Assembly: GCF_009914755.1 (NCBI RefSeq)
Contig: NC_060928.1
Origin: the human T2T-CHM13v2.0 reference genome, Homo sapiens
Reading direction: 5' to 3' (one strand)
Length of the DNA stretch: 64,000 nucleotides
How positions within the stretch are numbered: position 1 is the stretch's first letter; every line of letters starts with the position of its first letter. The translations under genes were made by a program, and so were the position numbers. The notes below the pieces were generated by a model. That model did not search any database. It was not told where the DNA came from and worked only from the letters and a program-made list of their open reading frames with translations. Shown piece after piece: positions 53,388-64,000 of the stretch.

Positions 53388-53762
53388 ATTTCTGTTCTTT
53401 ATAAGCCAGTCAGCCTATGGCATTCTGTTATACCAGCCAGAATGGACTAAGAAAATGAGCTAATGTGGAATTAATGGAATTTCAGACAGTATAACAAGAG
53501 AAAGCAAAATATTCAGATACTGTGAGAAAAGTCATAGTAGGGGGAGGTGACTATGACTGAGAAAGAAAACATGTCTCATCATCTGCTTTTGAGGTCAGCT
53601 GATCCAATCCATTTGCATTTTTCATAATTTATTACCTCCCTCAATTCCTGAACACAGATTCTGCATCTACTAAGTTTTCCTGTACCTCAGCTGGCTTCAT
53701 GGGCAGTGCTGAAAGGTATCTGCTGCCCTCCCTATGTGTATATGTAAGTTATTTATTGATAA

Positions 53763-54105
<343 letters not shown>

Positions 54106-54804
54106 TGTATATTCTTTTGTATCAGCAAGATTCTGAGTAGAGTGGGTGCTAGTCACATAAGTTTAGAAATATTTTTTGTATTATGAAAGGAATACAAGAT
54201 AATTTTAGAACATTTAAAAGATACAAATAAGCCAAAAATAAAATAATTAGCCAGTAGATATTTAAAATTTTAGAATATGTATATTTTCAGTATTTTTCTA
54301 TGTATCTGTAGACATACATGTACCTATACACTTATTTCTCTGATAAGAGCATTCTGTAAATGGTTGTGGTTTTCTTAACACACTTAGAAATATCTTGATA
54401 AGCTATAACACTTCTCTGCATCCTTTCTCCTCTTCCTGTTCCCTCTCTCCCTTATCTGTGTTTCTACAGTGCACAAGGATGTTACACAGAAAGCTAAATG
54501 TGAGCCAATATATTTAACTTTGAGAAACCAGATAAAAATAACTGTATCTTAATTATTTGTTTGGTGTAGGGGTTCTATCTGTTGGACCACACAGTCATAC
54601 ATGAATTTTTTTGTCATTACTAAATTAGTCAGTTAAGAGAGGACATTTGTTTACTTGAATAAATATGTGCCAGCCTTGTACTGGAGGAAAAAAAGGTGTT
54701 GGTTGTGCTGTTCCTTCCTCGGCTTGCCCATCTGGTAGGTGTTGCTTCCTAGCTAAATTCACTGGTGCACAAGGTTAAATGAATCTTTAAAAATTATTAG
54801 ACCG

Positions 54805-55530
54805 TCACACAAGTGCCCAAACCAGAAATAAGCTAGACTGTTCCTCTTACTCCTTCATTTTACCAATTCCTTTTTATTCTATCTCCTCTAAACCTCTTGA
54901 TTATACCCATCTTCTTCATTGCTACTACCTTTCCTTCTGGAACTTAGCATTTCTTATCTTCTTAAAGTTTCCTTCTGTCCTCTCCACTCTCCTCCAATTT
55001 CTCTTGCATATTACTTCTAGCATGGTCTTTTACAAATCTGACCACATTATTCCATTTTCAGAGAGAGAGGATGAGCTCTGAAATCAAACAGACTGGATTT
55101 AAACCCTGACTCCACTTATCAATTGTATGATCTTGGAAGATATCTAAGCTTTGCAGGCCTCAGTTTCCTTATTTGCAAAATGAGAACGGTGATAGTGCTT
55201 ATCTTGGGATCATTGTAAATATAAATGTGTTCATAAGTAACAAATGCATAGAACAATGCTGTGCAAATCTTAACTGTTCAGTAAATGTCAACAATTGTTA
55301 AAGAACTTGAAATGTCTTCTGACCTTCTGCAGGATAATTTCTGAACTTTTTGAATAGCAGAAGAAAACCCTGCAATTTTCTCTCTGACTGCAACTCCAGT
55401 TTCACCTCTTGCTTCTTCTCTATTTGTATCCTACTCTTTGACCAAAATAAAGCACATGGAATTTGCTAAATGTGCCATGACCTTCATGCCTCTGTACCTT
55501 TGCACATGCTGTTCCCTTTGCTTGAATATA
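54805..55530 (+). mobile_element. L2 split by a MIR (about 55065-55300)
   Basis: L2-like TTTTACAAATCTGACCACATT and GTACCTTTGCACATGCTGTTCCCTTTGCTTGAA on either side of the MIR core GCCTCAGTTTCCTTATTTGCAAAATG. Confidence 0.65.
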
Positions 55531-57892
55531 CATGACTATTGGCATCAACAGAGATCAAAAGATGACAAAGATCCAGCCTTTCTCACTTCCAGGCTGGAGC
55601 TTGAGCTACTCCAGCACACTGCCTCTTTCATCTTTTATGCTACTCTCCCAAGTGTGTTACTGTGAACTTGGCAGTGGTAGTAAAGGGCTCGATGACTGAT
55701 GGGGGTGAAGAGAACCCCTAAAAGAGGTTTTTAGTATATACGAACAAACATTATATTAACAATTTGGAACAGCATGGATAATATGCCTTTTTACCTGGGG
55801 GCGTTTGAACATAACTCCATGTATCTAAAGAGGACTAACATCATGAGAGGTGTTGATATGACTGTTGCAGCTGTGTGTTTGTATTTTGCATGTCGTGGGT
55901 GGTGCCGTCAGCAGCAGCTGGGGCCCTGCTGTTTTCCTTCTGTTCTACTATGTGGCCCTCTTCCTTGGGGCACCCTCAACCAGACGAGCAGATCTATATT
56001 GGCTTTGGATCTTTCTCAAGGTGCCTGCTCTTCCTTTCATTAGCGTGGATAATCAGAATTTGATTGTAAAGTATGCCCAGGCCAAATACAAGGGCTTTTA
56101 AAATCGTCTGCTGTTTTAGATTATCCAGGCCACTGATCCCCCTTCCTTAGCGTGGATAATTGAGAGTGGACTGGGCTGAAGAATGTTAAGCAGAACCAAT
56201 TGACAAAATAAATGAGATTTTAAAAATCCTTTAGATTTTAATAATAGAAAAAAGTTTTTTTTAAATCTGAAAGAGCTTATTTTATATTTCAAAACTGTAA
56301 ATTTATTCGGCTTTAAATTACTTCAAAATAGGAAAATATTTCATATGATGCACCCATTTAAAACCTATTTAAAATGTATACTAATTACAATATGCACTTA
56401 ATGGAGTTAAAGGAAGAATGGAACATACAGACAAGAGGTTGGAAGTTTCTGATTCAATGTGAAATCTTCTTATAATCATGTTTATATTTCATCAAGGTAA
56501 CAAAGAGAGGGTAGGAGCCACTTCCAAACTCTGAAAATCTCTCTCTTGATAGTGGAGGCTGCAATTCTTTGCTCCTAGTGAACAATAATCATTTAGAGAC
56601 AGGCATTTAAAAATGTATGTATAAGATGAACAGAATTCTGATTTCTGGGAATATATGATCAAATTCACCTGTCATTATTTCATCTTTCCCCATGCCCCAT
56701 GCCCCTCCAAATGCAGGTAGAAATGTATTTGCATGCCATTTGACTGGGAACTGAGAGGACATTTTCCCAATGGAACAATGCTGTAAACGGGGGTAGGTGT
56801 CAATAAATACCCTTCAGGTGTGTAATGAGGATAAATAGATTTGGGGGTTTGCCTGGGAATTTGAAACATAATGTAAAAGGCAATGGTGAGTTTCTGGGCA
56901 GGTGACTCATAAACAAGTTTTTTGAAACATTACCCATTTTTACGTTGGGAATTGCCAAGCTCAGCCTTAACGTCTCCCACAACACCTATGAATAATCATT
57001 TAAATACAGGCTTTGAGACTTGGGGAAAAAAGCGTATTATTTACTCTAAAGACAATAATCTTCCTTGGAGTCATTGTAGTCCATCATGCAGATGCATACT
57101 TGGGGATCTTTGGAAAAGCAACATTTTCTCTTGATGGTCCATTACTTCATTTATCTTTTAAGTTATTATCCAGGACTAGATTGCAGACACAGGTTAGGGC
57201 TGCACATCAGCCACTCTGTAACAGTGTGGGAGACTAAGGTTCTTTCACAGGGAGAAATATGACAAAGCGGCTTTGCTCGTTCCCTATTGCGTTTGTGTGA
57301 AGAGCAGGATACAGTAATGGAGGTAATGGGGACTCTAGTGCATCTTTTGGTTCCTTATAGTGCTGAGAACTTGGCAAATGTAGGCACACATAAATTCTTG
57401 TTCCCGAGTGGTTTGATGAAGGGAGAACTGAGAGGTTCTCAGCACAGATATTATACAGCTGAGACCAAATATCCCCCTAGGGTCATCCTACTACTCTTTC
57501 CATGGCTGAAATAAAGACCAGATACCACCATACTAAAGCTGTGATGTGGTTGGCTTGTTGCTGGATGACTTTTCTCATGCTTGGAGAAAATTACGTAAGA
57601 AGATTGAGAAAAGTTCTATCCCAAAGATCCGCATCTGCAAAGACGAGCAAGATTGCAATGTCTGGATTAAGTTCTCTAGAATTTAAAGTTCTGTCTCATG
57701 TTGTATTTGGAGACCTGGCTTCCCTAGCATGAAGTGAATAATTAAATTACATTTTATTTTTTATGTAGCTAGTAGTTAATCCCAATTAGAAATTTATCTA
57801 CTGTGGTTACTAGAGCCTGGGAGTATAAAGGTGAACAAAATGATCACTTGAATCTGACATTCTGGATGGGGAGAGAGGCAGGTACATGACTA

Positions 57893-58300
<408 letters not shown>

Positions 58301-58496
58301 GTGTGTGAGATTACTTGTGGTATCTAAATTGGGTTTTATGAAGACATGTTTTCTGTTTTGTTTTGTTTCCAGGAAAAGACACAAGAAAGGGCATATTAGC
58401 AGAAAAAATATTTTGACATGAGACATAAAAGTATAAATACTTCTGTTGTATTTTTGGAATGGTGTAGTCATGTACAGTTAAGTAGGCACATGAGTT

Positions 58497-58675
58497 AGAA
58501 TTCTAATACTTTAGGATGTATTCGAATCACTTGGAGTTCTAATTAAAATGTAGATTGGGGGCCTCATATGAAACTATAATAACAGTATTCACAGATGAGG
58601 GCCAGGAATTTATATTTTTTGTAAGTGCCTATATGATTGTTTTGTAGATTGCTCATGCTTTGATAAAGCCTGCCA
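58497..58675. mobile_element. MER5-like hAT MITE
   Basis: GAATCACTTGGAG...TTAAAATGTAGATT...GGGCCAGGAATTTATATTTT. Confidence 0.5.
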
Positions 58676-58719
58676 TAGGCTGTGTTTTCTGATGACGGGG
58701 TTAATGGCAGAACCTGAAG

Positions 58720-59330
58720 CCTTATGTCGTGATGCACGTAAACTGCTAGGCTAAGGAATTAGTATTAGCATCATGTGCATTAGCTATTTGACAGCCATAA
58801 AATATACTTAGTCAAAGGGTGTAATACAGTCAGGTCTGTATATTTGAAAGAGTTTTGATGGCAGTGTGGAGAATAAACCGAAAGAAGGAGATACGGAGCT
58901 GGGGAAAAGTTGTCGGGTTATTGCCATAGATGAGGCAGATGATGATGAAGACCTGAATTTGGGTGTCAGGAACAGAATGGAGAAAAAAAGAGTAAAAAAA
59001 CATTGAGGGAAAACCAAAAGGATATGTTCATAAATGCAATTTAGGGCATAAAGGAAATAGGAGGAAGACTAAGGTGACTTTTGTGATTATGGTTTAGGTA
59101 ACTGGCTGGCTGAGGATGCCATGAAGAGAAGTAAAACACTAGAGAAGGAGCAGACTTGGAGGTTGTGTGGTAGAAATTTAACAGCTTCAATTTCATTTGA
59201 GATTCCTTAGGGTATTTATAGAAAATTGTCTGGGAGGCAACTGAAAATTTCTGTCTCCATTTCAGGTTGGATTTTCTGTTAGAAAACCACAGCTGATGGT
59301 GAAAGTCATAATGAAAGAGAATGCTTGAAA
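58720..59330 (-). mobile_element. Degenerate L2
   Basis: TTTTGATGGCAGTGTGGAGAATA...GATGATGATGAAGACCTGAATT...AGCTTCAATTTCATTTGAGAT. Confidence 0.55.
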
Positions 59331-60298
59331 GAGGGTGATAGAGGGAAACAAGAAGAGAAGCAAAGATGAGCAAGGTTGCAATGTTTGGATTAAGTTCTGT
59401 AGAAGAATTGAAAAGTCTCAGGGGAAACCCACACAGAACTGACATTCTTACAGAACCTTAGAATGACTGAGAAATAACTTTAGAACATTTCTAGTCTGGT
59501 GGTTTTTAAATGTGTTTTGACGTGGCAAAGCCAGGTTTTCAAGCAAATCTAACAAGGTCTTTTTGATCATTGCCGATGGAACCCTTCTTTATGCTGACAA
59601 TCTATTGTCAGATATGCAGGATTAACCATATGTAGCTACTTTTATCAGTGTTTAGCATGAAAATTTCAGAAAACTGCATTCAGGGAGCCATGTTGATACA
59701 CCAGAAGAAATCTGCCAGGACTAAAGACCGACCCAATAATTCCCGAGGTACCTTCAGGAAAGTCAATTTATTTTTGAGTCAAAGGAATCTCAAATTATCC
59801 TAAATGGCATTGCTTCCACCAGAGTTCTGTTCTTAATTTAATAAGCTGCTACAAGTTCCAAGCCAATGTTCCTTCTTAGAAATATGCTATGCTATGGGAT
59901 GTAAATCTTTTTAAGTGCATTTCATTGTACCAATTTTTTCATTTTGAAAAAGCCCATTGGTTTATTATTAAGTGGTCTATTTAATAGTGCCAATAAATTC
60001 TAAAACTGGAGACTAGGCATTGTTATTTTAGATGCTTTAATGATATCAATTGTCTAAGTTGCTTGGTCTTGGCTTATTTGCTTGACCTTTGTCTGTTTTA
60101 ATGATCTGGAAAAATTCCTCCAAACTATACAGAGTTGATATAGTGGCTCTTGATATATGATACAAATCTGAAAATACTTTATTAGAATAAGTTTACTAAT
60201 AGTATTCGAATGATTGTATTAGGTCTATACAATCAAAGTGAAGTTGATAACTGCAAATTTTAGAAGAACCAAAAGCTTCAAGTAAAAATTCAATTTCT

Positions 60299-60481
60299 GG
60301 GAGGTGGGGTGGGATAAGGGTTAAAAAATTACCTATTGGGTGCAATCTTCAATATTTGGTTGATGGGTACACTAGAAGCTCAACTCCCACCATTATGTAT
60401 GCAATACCCATGTAACAAAGAAGCAAATATTTTCCCCAAGTCTAAGGAAAAAAATCGACAAAACCCAAAATAAGATCACAG
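60299..60481 (+). mobile_element. Short L1P (PA15/16-like) 3' end
   Basis: AAAATTACCTATTGGGTGCAAT...TGATGGGTACACTAGAAGC...CCCATGTAACAAA; probable TSD TTCAATTTCT (60289-60298 / 60482-60491). Confidence 0.75.
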
Positions 60482-60875
60482 TTCAATTTCTTGTAAAATA
60501 GGTTTTACTTATTACTTCTGTGTTTTGAGTTAACTGTAATTATAGAATAACTATCCAGAAAAACAACTGGACGATTATACTGCAAAATACTAATACAGAG
60601 AGGTAATATAAACTGGTGGTTTTTAGTACCAGTGATTCTACACTCTATTGAAGACCAAAATTTCAAATAAGAAAACCAAAATTCCAAATTTGACTTCTTA
60701 TATTCAAAAGTAATGTGGTCTTGTTCTTGTTTAGTATCTTTAAGGCTTACTTTTCTCAGGTTAGTAACACCTATTGGCAGTTTATTGGAGTTTATTGGCA
60801 GCATAAAATAATTTAGGCAGTCTCTTAACACAGGGCTTGGCTTTTAAAACAGGACTTCAATAAATGCTAACCTTT

Positions 60876-60914
60876 ACCATCATAATTTTTATCACCACTA
60901 TTACCACCACCGTT

Positions 60915-60946
<32 letters not shown>

Positions 60947-60975
60947 TCTCATCGTCTTCATCATTGTTGCCATCA
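60876..60975. repeat. (ATC)n microsatellite with degenerate ACC/ATC flanks
   Basis: Direct reading; perfect core at about 60914-60943. Confidence 0.92.
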
Positions 60976-60982
60976 GGTGGCA

Positions 60983-61425
60983 TGTTAGTTTGGATCCTCT
61001 GAGAAACAGATACCAAGATGATATTGAACGTGCAAGAAATTTATTCAGGGAAATGAACATCAGGGAAAATGGGGAGGGAGCCAGGAAAGGCTATCATGCA
61101 TGTCTGACAAGCAAAGGAGAGAGTAAAGGAAGAAAGGGAGTTGGGGTGAACCATTTAGACTACAGTGCAATTCAAAGGGAAGTTCATCAGGATCTTTGGA
61201 GAGTCCTTGATCCAAAGTCACCTGTCAGAAGAGTCGCACATCCTCCACGAACAGGCCTACTTTCTTAGCTTTGCCACACTCAGCATTGACTGAGATCAGC
61301 CTGGGGAACTGTGGTGTCAGTAGAAATGCTGTGACATGTTTCAGTGCTCAGTGGCTGAAGGCTCAGTCAGTTATGCTCCCTGAGCTTGGAGGTAGGTTTT
61401 GTAGTGTGTTTCTATAGGTGTCACA
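60983..61425 (-). mobile_element. LTR16-family ERVL LTR
   Basis: GGATCCTCTGAGAAACAGATACCAAGATG...GTGCAAGAAATTTATT...TAGACTACAGTGCAATTC...CCAAAGTCACCTGTCAGA. Confidence 0.7.
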
Positions 61426-63254
61426 GACAAAATTGTGGGTGATTAAAAAATATCCCATTTTTTGGTATTTTATTAATTATCTATATGTAACCTGCATTTA
61501 ATATTTGAGGGAAGAAGTAAAATAAATAATTAAAAATATTTCCTTTTGCTTGGGTAGCATTAACTCTTTGAAACTTGCCCAAATCTCACAGTAACTGTTT
61601 AGCTTTTTAATTTGCATGAATATTCTGGTACAGCTCTGCTATTACGTCAACAGCACCTTGCCACGACAAGTTTTATTTTCTTGTTCCAACTTTTTCTATT
61701 TAGAAACCTGATTTGATTAGAGTGTGAAAGTTTAAGTGTTTGAAACAGGATTCAATTAAACTAGGTCATTCTTGGGGCTCTGAAAATGGTAACTGGCCTT
61801 AGGCAAATGAGAACAAAAGTTATAAAACTCAGTTGGATGCATCACAACATTTAGCATCTTTAAGGAAGACGTCTTGCCTAATAGATTCAATTTAGAAATA
61901 TTTAGTGTAGGTCATCAGCTTAAGCACCTAAAAAATGTGTTTGTTTGTTTGTTTCTCCCTTTAGTTATAACTAGAATCGGAACACCTGGACTCTAATCTA
62001 CAAAATAAACAATTTGTGCTGGGACCTTGAAGAAAGTCAATTAGTTTCCGTGACTTTACCAGTAGGTTAAAAAGGAGATTGTAATATTAGTGAATAATGT
62101 GCTTAGAGATGTTTGCATAAAAGATGCTTTGTCATTGTAAAGTATTATTGAATATTTATGGTCTACCAGACTGAGCCAAATGGCCCAGAGGAAAAAACAG
62201 TTAGATTTATGTAAACCTTGTTCAGTGTCCCAGATACTTCAGGATGGGTGCTCTATATGTGAATAAATAAATAAATGGTATAAATATTATTTTAAAATTT
62301 GAAGGTACATCAATATTATCTGGGGTGTTAGCCAATGTGCCTGACCTATGACATTGAAATGAAATGTCTGCCTCCAGGTAACTATTTCAACCTCATAAAT
62401 ATTTTTAAAGCCAGAGGCTTTGATGGCAAGTAATGTTTTCTTAGAGTTTTGTGTCTGCAAATAAAGGTAAATTATATCTTTACCTAAAATCTACAAGAAA
62501 TGATTGTCTCTCATCCAAAAGGTTGCTCAGAGAGTTCCCAGATTGAAATTGTATATGTTATACTTCTTTCCCTTTCTTCTAAAAAAGTATTTTACTTACT
62601 CTTGCACGGTAGTTTTCTGTCACATTATTGTGAGAGATCAGAGCCTCAAAGAAGAAAAAAGTTAGCCATAAACACTGCCCAAGGACTTAATGGATCTTAC
62701 TGAGCCACACCATGCAGATGTATTGGAACATAAATAGGTATAGGAGATAAGAGGCACAAAAGCAATTTGTTTGGATTGGGTCACTGCTTAATCCAGATGG
62801 GTTCAGCAAAAGAATTCATGAAACGTGACAGTGGGCCAAGAAGAACTTGCTGTGACATTTCAGATTCCCCTACTTCTTCTAATTAACCATTTCAAGTATA
62901 ACAAAACTTATAGCACATACAAATCTAGTGCAACCCATCTGTACCAAGCGCAGACCTGTCCGTGGAGGATGGATGGTTCTGTTCTCAAGCAATGGACTAT
63001 GACACAATAATATCTCAAGTTGGGCTTTTAATTTCTATGATACATTGATTCTGAACAGCATTTTTCTAAAAGACAAAAACTATACCAGAGTTGCTTTTTG
63101 ACATAGCCTGTCATTAAATGCATTTGGATATATTGCATGGATCAAAATATACTGCAAGTTTAATAAGATATTTGAAAATATAAAAATTGCACGTAGAAAA
63201 AGCCCACCATCATGGTAATGATGAGAATAATAACAACAATAGCTACCTTTTAAA

Positions 63255-63420
63255 AAAAGCAACTATTACTTGCCAGTCACTATGCCGGACGTTGTACACA
63301 TGTCCTTACAAAAACTTTGCGAGGTGGAGATAATTATTCTCTTTTTATAGAGGAGGACACAGACTCAAAGAAGTAAAGTTGTCCAGGGTGAATTAGTATG
63401 TGGAAGATGTAAAATTTTTT
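63255..63420 (-). mobile_element. MIR
   Basis: ATTACTTGCCAGTCACTATGC...ATTATTCTCTTTTTATAGAGGAGGACACAGACTCAAAGAAGTAAAG. Confidence 0.65.
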
Positions 63421-64000
63421 TTGGAATTACAGAAAAAACTCCACAAACCCACATTCCTGCTTAGGCAAGTCAAGAATTCTTGCCTCTTTAGTTGATGGGT
63501 TTAGAATAATTTTTTCAGGTGCTAATATCAGGATATAACCCATATCTCTTCATACACAGTTCTTCAAATCTACCTGTTCGCAGCCCTTCTTTCTTCTCTT
63601 GAGAAATAGAAACTAGGATTTAAACCTCAGAATTATGCCTCAGTATCTACAGCACTGTAGTGCCTCATAAATATTAGTTGAAATGGTAAAAGAAAGATAC
63701 AATTGCCCCTAATGCCTATGATATTCATTAGTCAAAAGAGGATGGAATTAGCCCATTTCCATGAATGTAAAATTTATATATGTATTCTAGAAAACATATA
63801 TCAAAATGGAGTTATTTTAAATAAGATGTTCATATTTAACTGACAAACAGAATCAATCTACCGTGCCTAGTTCATAGAATAGATTCGGGGAGTCAATTTT
63901 TGTGCTTAATTGTTTGTACAAAGAAAATCTTTGACTTATGAATGATAAGAAAATAATGAAAATTGAGTTAGTGCTTATAAAATTCTCGAATTCTTTTGCT

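Larger units (their letters stand above)
52141..53454 (+). mobile_element. MLT1A-like LTR in three pieces (52141-52246, 52607-52794, 53388-53454)
   Basis: TGCTATAGACTAAATGT...ATGGACTAAGAAA with a perfect TSD ATGAG (52136-52140 / 53455-53459). Confidence 0.88.

Noticed and set aside
60864-61268. 134-aa ORF with a hydrophobic poly-Ile N-terminus
   Set aside because: Derived from the (ATC)n repeat plus an LTR16-like element.

Overview
This is AT-rich, CpG-depleted primate (human-like) non-coding DNA, either intergenic or deep intronic. I find no credible protein-coding gene, structural RNA gene, CpG island or CRISPR array. The longer ORFs in the track run through Alu, L1, LTR or low-complexity sequence, and I recognise none of the rest. 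A large share of the window is transposon fossil: 11 dimeric Alus plus a FAM monomer, L1PA/L1MA/L1MB/L1MC/HAL1 pieces, L2, MIR, MaLR LTRs (THE1/MST/MLT1), MER4-group and ERVL LTRs, and Tigger/hAT DNA elements. Family names are recalled from consensus sequences, not from a database run. I cannot support a new biological system. The best leads are: a near-perfect 41-bp minisatellite that starts at an Alu target-site duplication (30679-30830); a reversed Alu tail apparently copied into an Alu from its inverted neighbour (33036-33104); an MLT1A LTR hosting both a THE1 LTR and a twin-primed inverted L1 (52141-53454); several fold-back palindromes replacing consensus repeat sequence; a 320-bp pure pyrimidine tract; two plus-strand candidate exons; a CTCF-like site; and a TGGATAAT motif cluster.
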